NCBI GenBank assembly: GCA_039809385.1 | Contig: JBDHUY010000019.1 | Location: forward strand, 1-28,326 | Length of the DNA stretch: 28,326 bases | Source: Candidatus Altimarinota bacterium | GTDB lineage: Bacteria > Patescibacteriota > Gracilibacteria > JBDHUY01 | Direction: 5' to 3' | Part shown: piece after piece, positions 8,787-17,065 of the stretch | Layout: every line of letters starts with the position of its first letter | Position numbering within the stretch: the first letter of the stretch is position 1 | Notes under the pieces: generated by a model | Told to the model about the DNA's origin: nothing | Database searches by the model: none | Seen by the model: the letters and a program-made list of their open reading frames with translations, nothing else | Position numbers and translations under genes: made by a program

Positions 8787-9737
8787 TTATTCCGGAATAT
8801 AGTTTGGATCAATCTGATCTTCTAATCCTGGACGATAGGTGCGTTTCCAGGAATCTTTGCTACTGAGTTTTGTGTGCAACATAAGCAGAGCTTCGTAGCG
8901 GACTTGCAGAGATTCTTTTCGTTGTTGCCCCAGATGAAATATTGCTTCAAATGCCGAGGTGTCAGCGACCTCCAAATCCAATAATCCTAGTGGTTTATTT
9001 GCTAGTCTTTTTGCCATTATTCGATCAGATTCACTGATAATAGCGATTGGCTCTAGCGGAAATTCACTTTTTACGAAGTTTAATTGCTGGCCACTCCGTA
9101 TTTGGTTTATGAGCAGGCTTATATGTTTTTCCCTCCCACTTTGTTTTGCCAAATCATAAAATTGACGAAAAACATTTAAGCTTTCTCGGTCGGGTTTTGC
9201 CACAAATACTAGGAGATCCTGAAAGAATAATGTATTACCAAAATGATCTACTCCCGCGCTGGAGTCTATTATTACTGCCTCGGTTTCTTTTATTTTAGAA
9301 AACCAGAGAATATTCTCCGCCACTGCCTGTGGTCCATGGTGGCAGCTCTGGCCTACGGCATTTGGCAAATAACTACCGGTTGCCATCATAAACAAATTTG
9401 GACGAACTTCTACGGCAAAATTATGTATAACGTAATTCTCCGTTGATATTTCAAGAAAGTTCGACCCACTTCCAGGTGGCGTTGTTTTGATAAATTCATC
9501 TAAGCTAATATGCGGGTTAGTCCCTTTAAAGTACTTACGAATGTTGTAACTATTTTCTCCATAGTTCATTTTTCTCTCTTCCGGGAATTGAATGTCAAAT
9601 AGCTGATCTATATGGCAGTTCACATCAACATCTAGTAAGAGCGTTGGTATCTTTTGTGTCTCTACCAAATACTGTGAAAATAGTGCTGACACTGTGCTTT
9701 TTCCCGCTCCGCCTTTGCCGACAAAAGCAATACGCAT
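8787..9737 (-). CDS. CooC/MinD-ParA-family ATPase (deviant Walker A), resembling the actinobacterial CooC-like subfamily
   Basis: 'MRIAFVGKGGAGKST', 'LDVDVN', 'KTTPPG', 'GQSCHH', 'IDSSAG' and terminal 'QIDP'. Confidence 0.85.
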   Translation of the reverse strand: MRIAFVGKGGAGKSTVSALFSQYLVETQKIPTLLLDVDVNCHIDQLFDIQFPEERKMNYGENSYNIRKYFKGTNPHISLDEFIKTTPPGSGSNFLEISTENYVIHNFAVEVRPNLFMMATGSYLPNAVGQSCHHGPQAVAENILWFSKIKETEAVIIDSSAGVDHFGNTLFFQDLLVFVAKPDRESLNVFRQFYDLAKQSGREKHISLLINQIRSGQQLNFVKSEFPLEPIAIISESDRIMAKRLANKPLGLLDLEVADTSAFEAIFHLGQQRKESLQVRYEALLMLHTKLSSKDSWKRTYRPGLEDQIDPNYIPE

Positions 9738-9749
9738 AGTACATGATTA

Positions 9750-9766
9750 ACGCAAGTAAGTTGCGT
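9750..9766. promoter_or_regulatory. Operator-like palindrome (putative Zur box) just upstream of the ATPase start
   Basis: ACGCAA-GTAAG-TTGCGT, 15/16 identical to 4994-5009. Confidence 0.7.
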
Positions 9767-9771
9767 CTACG

Positions 9772-9800
9772 AATATATGCAACCTAGTTGCATATGTCAA
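9772..9800 (-). promoter_or_regulatory. Sigma70 promoter with perfect operator palindrome in the spacer
   Basis: Minus strand TTGACA(9800-9795)-N17-TATATT(9777-9772). The perfect inverted repeat ATATGCAAC-CTA-GTTGCATAT lies at 9775-9795. Confidence 0.8.
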
Positions 9801-9826
9801 TGCGTTTATGAAAAAAACCGGGCTGC

Positions 9827-9855
9827 TTGAATCTTGGCTGGTTCTTTACTATCAT
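9827..9855 (+). promoter_or_regulatory. Putative sigma70 promoter of ahpC
   Basis: TTGAAT-N17-TATCAT. Confidence 0.6.
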
Positions 9856-9886
9856 AAGCATATCTTACTTCTTTCTCTGTAGCACT

Positions 9887-10516
9887 ATGCACGACGAAGC
9901 GTTGATGATGTCTGCTTTCCCTCAGGTTGAGCACGAAGTCCCGGATTTTACGTTTAAGGTGTATGATCCCAAAACTCAGGAATCAACTCTTAAGCACCTA
10001 AACGATTATCGTGGGCGCTGGGTGGTGCTGTTTTTTTATCCGGCCGATTTTACGTTTGTCTGTCCGACCGAACTCAAGGATCTGCAAAAACTCGAGGCCG
10101 AATTTGCGAAACTCGAAAATACCGAGCTGCTGGTGGTCAGTAAAGACACGGTACACAGCCACAAAGTGTGGCTGGAAGTGGAAAAGATGCTCGCCGGTTT
10201 TCCCTATCCGATGGTTTCGGATCGCAAAAGCGAACTGTCGGAGTACTTCGGTATTCATAATGCCGAGACCGGAAATTCTGAGCGCGGCACGTTTATCATT
10301 GACCCTGCCGGCAATCTCAAGTCGATCGAAATAGTCACCGAAAATATCGGGCGTTCGGCCAAGGAGTTGTTGCGCAAACTCCACGCGCTGCACTTTATCG
10401 CCGAACATCCGGGTATGGCCTGTCCGGCCAGCTGGAATGACGATATGGTGGCGCTGCGTCCCGATGTCAAAACAGCCGGGAATGTCGAGGGAGCGCAAGA
10501 AGCGGTCTCTGTGTAG
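9887..10516 (+). CDS. ahpC: 2-Cys peroxiredoxin (AhpC/Prx1)
   Basis: 'FYPADFTFVCPTE' with the peroxidatic Cys, 'RGTFIIDP', 'GRS' and resolving 'CPASW'. The true start is ATG 9887, 9905 or 9908. Confidence 0.95.
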   Translation: MHDEALMMSAFPQVEHEVPDFTFKVYDPKTQESTLKHLNDYRGRWVVLFFYPADFTFVCPTELKDLQKLEAEFAKLENTELLVVSKDTVHSHKVWLEVEKMLAGFPYPMVSDRKSELSEYFGIHNAETGNSERGTFIIDPAGNLKSIEIVTENIGRSAKELLRKLHALHFIAEHPGMACPASWNDDMVALRPDVKTAGNVEGAQEAVSV

Positions 10517-10551
10517 TACTTTCGACCTGGGGATATTGTTCGGTACTGGGG

Positions 10552-10579
10552 GCAGATTCTTCGCTACGCTCAGAATGAC
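10552..10579. repeat. REP-like hairpin element
   Basis: gcagattcttcgctacgctcagaatgac (ATTCT...AGAAT arms) downstream of ahpC, with a second copy near 998. Confidence 0.8.
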
Positions 10580-10672
10580 CAGGGACGGGGACGGGGGGAG
10601 GCAGACCGGGATGGCTGGTTCGGGTAGACGTTTTACCGTCAAAAGTTTTGTTTCGCAAAACAGGCTCTTTTG

Positions 10673-10681
10673 TGGTATAAT
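10673..10681 (+). promoter_or_regulatory. Extended -10 promoter element
   Basis: TGGTATAAT (TGn + TATAAT), 23 bp before the ATG at 10705. Confidence 0.6.
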
Positions 10682-10704
10682 GGATAGAATTCATTCTTTT
10701 TTCT

Positions 10705-11691
10705 ATGCCGCGTATTCTGCACTGCTCACGATTTACTCCTGCTGTCTTTTCATACCGTACCGTCTTTTTGTACTTGGATGAAGGTTCCTTTGGCGAGAGT
10801 GTTCCGGTACAATCCGATAGTCCGGAGCCCAAAAATGAGATTGCCAATAAGAAATTGGAAGAGCAAAAGACCGAGCAAGAAACGGAAGGGCTTTTGTCCA
10901 GTTTGTATAATCAGGTGAGGCAGAGTGATACCTTCAAGCCGTATTTTGAGGCGATCGAATCGGCGTTGAGTTTTATTCAAAACAATACCTACGATGTTCA
11001 GGAGGGGGATACGTTGTGGCAGATTATGCAGGATAAATGTCCCGGGATTACCCCTGATCAGCTGGTAGCGGCTTTTCAGGTTATGAAAAAAGACAAATTC
11101 AATCCGAATCGTATTTATGCCGACCGCGATTTGATCGGGATTACGCGCGCGCCGGACGGTAAAATCGTTTTTCAGCTCGTGCACAAAGGGCGCAACCGTA
11201 AAGGCGAGACTGTTTTTAAGCCGTACCAGATGACGATCAATTTGTCGGATCAGGCCAGTCAGCAACCTGCGGTTGTCCCCAAGAAACCAAAACGGGGAGT
11301 TGTTTCAAGATATTCTGACGGTTCTTTCAGACCTTCCAATCAGATCAATCGTCCGGAAACTATCAAACAGCCTGACCCTCGTGCCCAGGAGACGGAGCGT
11401 CAGAAACAAGAAGCGGAGAAGATACGCGCCGATTTTACGTCCCCTGAAATTACGTTTCTTCAGAATAATACTAAAGGAATTCTGGGACGTATCAGTACGG
11501 CCCAACTGGATACTTCTTTCTCTGACGCTACGGGTGATTTCAAAATGTGGATCAATGGCAAAGAATTAGTGGTACGCGGAACCGAGCTTACGGGGCAGCG
11601 CGGACAAGCTCAAAAGACTTGGGAATTTTACGAAAAACTGAAAAAGTACGAGAAAGATCTTACCAAAGTGCTGAATATTCTTAAACAATAG
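10705..11691 (+). CDS. LysM-like domain-containing protein
   Basis: 'YDVQEGDTLWQI ... NPNRIYA.D.I' resembles LysM. The remainder is charged or low-complexity, with no classical signal peptide. Confidence 0.65.
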   Translation: MPRILHCSRFTPAVFSYRTVFLYLDEGSFGESVPVQSDSPEPKNEIANKKLEEQKTEQETEGLLSSLYNQVRQSDTFKPYFEAIESALSFIQNNTYDVQEGDTLWQIMQDKCPGITPDQLVAAFQVMKKDKFNPNRIYADRDLIGITRAPDGKIVFQLVHKGRNRKGETVFKPYQMTINLSDQASQQPAVVPKKPKRGVVSRYSDGSFRPSNQINRPETIKQPDPRAQETERQKQEAEKIRADFTSPEITFLQNNTKGILGRISTAQLDTSFSDATGDFKMWINGKELVVRGTELTGQRGQAQKTWEFYEKLKKYEKDLTKVLNILKQ

Positions 11692-11702
11692 CGCTTAACT
11701 GT

Positions 11703-14651
11703 ATGGCCGAGGTGGTGAAAAATGGAGAACCAGACAAGGTGAGTCCTCTCAAAAAGTTATCGCGGTTCGCTCTGCCGGCCGCGTTGATTGTTACCGGTAT
11801 GGCTGGCCTGATGGCGGATAAAGTAAAAGCTCTTTTGCCCGGTACCTTTGGCGAGGATCATGAGAAAAAAGCTGCCGTGGTAGCAAAGGAGAAACGCTAT
11901 GGAACCTTTGAGGAATGGATTTCTCAGAAGCATACCAGCCTGCCGCTGACTTTTTTCGATTATATGGATTCCAAAGAAGATACAAACAAAAAAACGGCTA
12001 CTTTTTTTCTCCGGGATGAGAAAGACGTCAATTTGATGTTTCAACTGTTGCCCGAACTGCCCCAAGTGGCCGAGTTTGAGGGCGGCGTTGCGATTCGGAC
12101 CGAAGGTGAGGCCGAGAAGTATTTTAATCGGCTGCTTCTTGGTAACGAAAAAGATAAAGTGGCAGAAAATGTAACTCGCCTGACCCAGGTTACGAGTCGT
12201 TCGGGTACGATGGTGCGAAATACCGGTGGCGAAACGCGTGTTCTCAGAAAGAAGAACGGCGATATCCTTTTTACAATCGGCGAAATTCTGTTTCTGCTGG
12301 TTGGTGGAGGTACCGGTATTCTAAATATCAGAAAAGCCAAACAAGAAGATTTGACCGAACCTACCAGTTCTCCGCCTGCCCCTCCCACTATTTCTGGACC
12401 ACCCCTTCCACCGCCCGAAAAGGCGATCGAACATCCGCTTCTGGCTGAGGTACAGAGAATCACCGATCCCTTGCAGAAAAAAGTTCTGCTCGAGGATTTT
12501 ATTCCGTCTGGGTATGATTTTACGATCGAGGTCGATCAGGATGGAAAATTACGGGAACTGGACGTCACCGTTCCGGCCAATCGAAAGTTCTATAATTTCT
12601 TGCGTTTCCGCGATCTGCGAAAACTCGTCGTCAAAAATACTCCCGAAGTGCATGCCGGCGGCCCCGAATTAGAGGTGCTGGAGGTCCCCGACAGTAAGAT
12701 ACTGCATCTCAATAGTTTCCGCGATAAAATGCGTACCTTAAAAACGAAAGCGGCAGTTAATCTTGTCCAACTTCCGAATCTTCGGCATGTCTGGCTTTTT
12801 AAAGAGCTGGCACTGGGAAATCGAATTTTTCCAGCCGATAAATACCTGGATTTTGAGCAACACACACTGGTAAAGAATAATTTCGATTATAAAGAAGGAG
12901 GGTTGGTTCCAACCAAATATAAGACCCCTGTTCGTGGTACGGCCGCGTTGTCTGATCCTTTCGCAGTAACCAGTAATATTTCGGCCAATCCCGAGTATGA
13001 AAAGTTGCCTGACTGGTTGAAAACCGTCATTGTCCAGGATCGAATACTGCCTTTGCAGTATAGTATCTCCAGCATGAACCATCTGGTTCGATCCGTTCAC
13101 CCGGGTGACGAACTTCTGTTTATGGATGGATCCAGATTTTTAGTTACCGATATCGTGCGGGACGATTCTTTTGATTTGGATCGATTAGTCTTTTGCGGTA
13201 GTTTCACCGATGCATCGGGAAAAACCGTACACCAAACGGTTTTGACTAATCTGAACGATAGCGAAAAGGATATGGCGAACTTTCAACTTCATCATGCCCA
13301 AGGTCTCTATAAAACCGGTTTGGTGCTTAATCCAGCAGCTTCGGAAATAACATCGACACCTCAATTTCCTACCGGTACCTACCATACCGGGGCCTTGAAA
13401 CTTCCCTCTCTCGATATTCCAGATGAGCAGCGCAAAGAAACGATAGAAACATTTATTCCTCAGGGAGATCAAGAATATGCGTATTCCGTGACAGTCGATG
13501 GAAAAGAAAATCCCGTTCAAGCTGCCTATCGTCATCATGATCTGAACCAAGTTCGCCGGGAAATGATCGATGCGCGACTTCTGGCTTTGGGAGATGATCA
13601 TGCGAGTGGTTTGAAACTGATGGAGACAATGATTTTAGGCGAGTTTATCACTATGCCTTCCGATAAGGCTCGCGAGTTCATTGCTCTCTATAATGAAATG
13701 GTCAACGAAATGCCGGGCAAATTTACCAAACTGATTTCCGATTTTTCTTGGAAAGAGAAGTTTATTCCAAAGTATGAGCGTTTGCTCGAGCTAATCGGGA
13801 CAATCGACTGGATCGGAGAGGATCGGCATATGCTTCTGATTGGCGACCTTCTCTCGGATCGCGGACTCTATGACGGTATCATACTTGCGATTATCGATAC
13901 AATCCGCAAGAGAGCAAAAGCAAAAGGCTTTCACGGTCCTGTAACGATTCTTGCATCCAACCATGATTATGATTTTATCGTCTCGAAGTTTCATCCCGAC
14001 AGAACAATAGATTCGGCTCAGGCAATCTCTCATTTTCGTATGGCTATGATCGAGAGTGAAGATTCGATTTTAGAGACTATGACACGTTACTATGACAACA
14101 TGGATCTTTTACATTACGATGTCGGGAGTAAGATGCTTTTTTCTCACGGAGCTATCACCAAAGACAGTATTAGACGTTTGCAGGAAGCCATGGGCTTTCG
14201 CGAGCCTATTACCGAGAAGAATCTGCTTGATTTTATTGAACAAGCCAATACCTGGTTTCGTACCTTTACTAAAAAACTTCTAAGCGCGATGACGACGTTT
14301 ACGAATGATATGACCCAGAATAAAGAGATTGTTCGAAAAAACTTTTATCCGGAGTATGAAATCTTGGAAATGCTATTATCCCATTTTCTATGGGCGGGGC
14401 GCACCGAAGGAACACCCGGTATCGATGTTCCTCACTATACCAATCAAAATATTCCTTTGTCCGAAGCGGGAGTACGGGGGCTAGTGCATGGTCATGACCT
14501 GAAGGATCGGGGTACTAATATAAACGGCTACCGTATTGTAAATCTAGATAATATTGGGAGAAAAGGGCGTAGTAATGCCCAACAAGAGCTGGTTGATCCC
14601 ACTCGTGCCAATCTATCGGAGCCATTATTTGCTATTCCAAAGGCAGCCTGA
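11703..14651 (+). CDS. Large membrane-anchored protein with C-terminal calcineurin-like metallophosphatase (WipA/WipB-like)
   Basis: Two hydrophobic segments, a Pro-rich linker and an LRR-like stretch, then GDDH, GDLLSDRG, SNHD, SHG, HGHD and NLDN motifs. Confidence 0.75.
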   Translation: MAEVVKNGEPDKVSPLKKLSRFALPAALIVTGMAGLMADKVKALLPGTFGEDHEKKAAVVAKEKRYGTFEEWISQKHTSLPLTFFDYMDSKEDTNKKTATFFLRDEKDVNLMFQLLPELPQVAEFEGGVAIRTEGEAEKYFNRLLLGNEKDKVAENVTRLTQVTSRSGTMVRNTGGETRVLRKKNGDILFTIGEILFLLVGGGTGILNIRKAKQEDLTEPTSSPPAPPTISGPPLPPPEKAIEHPLLAEVQRITDPLQKKVLLEDFIPSGYDFTIEVDQDGKLRELDVTVPANRKFYNFLRFRDLRKLVVKNTPEVHAGGPELEVLEVPDSKILHLNSFRDKMRTLKTKAAVNLVQLPNLRHVWLFKELALGNRIFPADKYLDFEQHTLVKNNFDYKEGGLVPTKYKTPVRGTAALSDPFAVTSNISANPEYEKLPDWLKTVIVQDRILPLQYSISSMNHLVRSVHPGDELLFMDGSRFLVTDIVRDDSFDLDRLVFCGSFTDASGKTVHQTVLTNLNDSEKDMANFQLHHAQGLYKTGLVLNPAASEITSTPQFPTGTYHTGALKLPSLDIPDEQRKETIETFIPQGDQEYAYSVTVDGKENPVQAAYRHHDLNQVRREMIDARLLALGDDHASGLKLMETMILGEFITMPSDKAREFIALYNEMVNEMPGKFTKLISDFSWKEKFIPKYERLLELIGTIDWIGEDRHMLLIGDLLSDRGLYDGIILAIIDTIRKRAKAKGFHGPVTILASNHDYDFIVSKFHPDRTIDSAQAISHFRMAMIESEDSILETMTRYYDNMDLLHYDVGSKMLFSHGAITKDSIRRLQEAMGFREPITEKNLLDFIEQANTWFRTFTKKLLSAMTTFTNDMTQNKEIVRKNFYPEYEILEMLLSHFLWAGRTEGTPGIDVPHYTNQNIPLSEAGVRGLVHGHDLKDRGTNINGYRIVNLDNIGRKGRSNAQQELVDPTRANLSEPLFAIPKAA

Positions 14652-15157
14652 TGAAATTACGTTTCAGATCACTCTTATTTCTCTTGTGCTTTTTCTTTCT
14701 TCTCCCTCAAACCACCTTTGCCTGTCCGCTGTGCGCGGCGGCATTGACCACGGGGTTAGGGCTGACTCGCTATTTCGGGGTAGACGACCTGATCTCGGGC
14801 GTCTGGATCGGCGCCTGGATCGCCTTTCTGGCCTACCTCACGATACACTGGCTCGAAAAAAAAGAGATTCGTTTCCGCGGACGCGACTGGCTGGTCGCGC
14901 TCGACTACGCCCTGATCTTCCTCCTGCTTTTTTCTCATCTGGAACTCATCGGACACCCGCTCAACACCATTTTCGGAATTGATAAACTACTTCTCGGGAT
15001 GGGCTTGGGCGCCAGCGTCTTTGTCCTGTTTACCAAACGGTATACTTTTTTGCGCCAAAATGCTCCCCATATGATCGTGATACCATATCAAAAACTAGTC
15101 ATGCAAGTAGTGCCGTTAGCTCTTATAAGCCTACTGTTGTATGCGGTGATGCGATAA
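14651..15157 (+). CDS. Conserved hypothetical membrane protein with CPxC motif
   Basis: Signal-like N-terminus, 'ACPLC', 'GVDDLISGVWIG' and several TM helices. The start overlaps the upstream stop (TGATG). Confidence 0.75.
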   Translation: MKLRFRSLLFLLCFFFLLPQTTFACPLCAAALTTGLGLTRYFGVDDLISGVWIGAWIAFLAYLTIHWLEKKEIRFRGRDWLVALDYALIFLLLFSHLELIGHPLNTIFGIDKLLLGMGLGASVFVLFTKRYTFLRQNAPHMIVIPYQKLVMQVVPLALISLLLYAVMR

Positions 15158-15161
15158 AACA

Positions 15162-15238
15162 GATCAAAACTCAAAGGTTAAAAGTCAAAACCATAAGCTT
15201 CCATAGCTTTGACGTTTGAACTTTCACTTTTGACTTTC
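15162..15238. repeat. Inverted heptamer tracts between convergent genes (possible bidirectional terminator)
   Basis: gatcaaa actcaaa ggttaaa agtcaaa faces tttgacg tttgaac tttcact tttgact. Confidence 0.6.
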
Positions 15239-17005
15239 CAAGAGTCTCGCCTCTTCAAATTGCTCCGGCCCGTATACATTCATCGCATAGCCGATCCGGG
15301 CGAGCGGTTCAACCTGTTCCAGCGGTTCGTAGGAGACGGTTTCATTCCCTTTGTTTTTCCAGTACTTACTGGTGGTAAAATAGTTAACGCTAATCGCCAG
15401 GTACCCGTCTTCCGGAAAGCCGCGTGCTACATGCCAGTTTTCGTACTCAATGTCTTTCAAGTAGTGCGAAAGCTCCCCCTGCCCGAAATAGTCGATATAC
15501 AATTTTTTATCAGGATGCGCTTTGGCCCATGTGGCTAACTGGACTAATCCCTGTCCCCAGTCGATGTTCGAATCGATAAGGTAGGCGTATCCCTTTTCGG
15601 GTCCGCCAGCGAGCTGGTTGAAATAGGCCAGATAGGAGGGGAATATACGTACGTTTTCCCACACCAGCCATCCGCCTAATACTATGAGAAGGCTCCCGAG
15701 CGCAATTTGTATCTGTTTTGTTTTGCTCCTGACGTACTTGAACAGCAACATAGCCGCATAACCCAGGATGGTATAAATAAGCGGAAATACCGGTAAAAAA
15801 TAACGTAAACCGATATTCAGATTTCCTAAAGACATTAGTCCGCCGGTTAGTATCACTGCTATAATGATGCCAGCGAGGGGCAGGTCTACTTTTTTCTTTT
15901 TTAACGAAACATAGACAATCAGGATCAAAGCAAGAGGTAACGCTAATAAGATTGGCAGCGGTTCTTTGACCACATAGGCTGCCAGATAATAGTACCACCA
16001 GCCATATTCGCTAAAATCTCCCCACAGATATTGTAAAAAATTCGTAATCGGGCCTTTGGTATAGGTATAGCTTCTTAGGATTCCCAGACCGTAGACGGCC
16101 AGCGGTCGGGTGAGGTCATTCCCGTTAAAAAGGCGTACCAGATCCGCCGGAGTCTTGAGCGCATCATTCGTCGCCGGTACAACTTCCTGGATCTTCGAAC
16201 TCACCCATTCCGGGGGGGTTTGATAGGCAGAAATGCCGTAAATCAGCCATATGCTTAGGAAGGCGGAAAAGAGTCCGACTCCCAGTTGTACTGCCCGTTG
16301 TGGGTTCCAGAACTTTTTGCGGATGTAGAAAAGAATATAGACCAATCCTGTTATCAGAAAAACCGGGACTAAAAACAGTGCGGTGAATTTTGCAGTTTGG
16401 GCTACTCCGAAAGCTATTCCGGTCAGAATCGCATACAGATACCCCGGTTTCTTCCACCAGCTGATAAAGAAATAGAGTGCTACGAACATAAAGACCATTA
16501 CGCCGCTGTCCAGCGTGGCGAGCCGGCCATTCGCCAGAATATTGGGCGAAAAAGCGTAAATACAGGTTGAAATACATGCGGCAGGTATTCCCCACCAGCG
16601 TTTGATACCCCAAAATAAAAAAAGCGCGAATCCGGCAGTTAAGAGCAGGATCATCATTCTGGCCGACAAAAGGAGTTCTTCGGTTCGCGAGCCGTTATTT
16701 TTAAAGAAAAAATCGCGTCCGAAATCCCACTGGCTGCTGTTCTCGACGCTTTTGGGCTCAAGTTTGGGTTGCAAAAAAAAGTAAGGCAAGGCCATCCACA
16801 TCTTTAAGAACGGCGCATGTTCGAAATTAATATCATAGCGATGATATAAAAGATATGAATACCCAGCCGGAGGATAGACAATTTCATCGCCGGTGATCGC
16901 GTCTTTTTGCATACTGACATAGCCGCTTACAAACATTATCAGCGTTACTAGCGTCGCAAATCCCCAACCCAGCCATGATTTATGTCGGATAATCCAGGAT
17001 TCCAT
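15224..17005 (-). CDS. GT-C fold glycosyltransferase (ArnT/PMT-like, GT39/83)
   Basis: First loop 'TGDE', 'EHAPFLK', 'AKFTA', 'IGLRYFLP' and 'LAYFNQLAGG..DSNIDWGQ', with many TM helices. Confidence 0.85.
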   Translation of the reverse strand: MESWIIRHKSWLGWGFATLVTLIMFVSGYVSMQKDAITGDEIVYPPAGYSYLLYHRYDINFEHAPFLKMWMALPYFFLQPKLEPKSVENSSQWDFGRDFFFKNNGSRTEELLLSARMMILLLTAGFALFLFWGIKRWWGIPAACISTCIYAFSPNILANGRLATLDSGVMVFMFVALYFFISWWKKPGYLYAILTGIAFGVAQTAKFTALFLVPVFLITGLVYILFYIRKKFWNPQRAVQLGVGLFSAFLSIWLIYGISAYQTPPEWVSSKIQEVVPATNDALKTPADLVRLFNGNDLTRPLAVYGLGILRSYTYTKGPITNFLQYLWGDFSEYGWWYYYLAAYVVKEPLPILLALPLALILIVYVSLKKKKVDLPLAGIIIAVILTGGLMSLGNLNIGLRYFLPVFPLIYTILGYAAMLLFKYVRSKTKQIQIALGSLLIVLGGWLVWENVRIFPSYLAYFNQLAGGPEKGYAYLIDSNIDWGQGLVQLATWAKAHPDKKLYIDYFGQGELSHYLKDIEYENWHVARGFPEDGYLAISVNYFTTSKYWKNKGNETVSYEPLEQVEPLARIGYAMNVYGPEQFEEARLLESQK

Positions 17006-17036
17006 ACAATGTTGTCAACGTTGGGTAGGAGGACAT

Positions 17037-17064
17037 GTAGGGGCACGCTGCAGCGTGCCTCTAT
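17037..17064. repeat. GTAG-type REP palindrome
   Basis: GTAGGGGCACGCTGCAGCGTGCCTCTAT, a near-perfect palindrome directly after the stop of the GT2 gene. Confidence 0.8.
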
Positions 17065-17065
17065 A

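Noticed and set aside
5014-9737. Cobalamin or CO-dehydrogenase maturation cluster
   Set aside because: There are no cob/cbi, cooS or acs genes in the window, and the context and operators point to zinc.
5014-9737. Autonomous mobile element or anti-phage defence island
   Set aside because: No integrase, transposase, nuclease or recognisable defence domain is present; only composition and the operator repeat suggest acquisition.
9827-9886. N-terminal extension of AhpC from a TTG start
   Set aside because: The TTG coincides with a -35 element (TTGAAT-N17-TATCAT), and Prx homology begins near 9905.
9998-10642. 214-aa minus-strand ORF
   Set aside because: It is antisense to ahpC, and its 'VILSVAKNL' segment is just the translated REP-like element.
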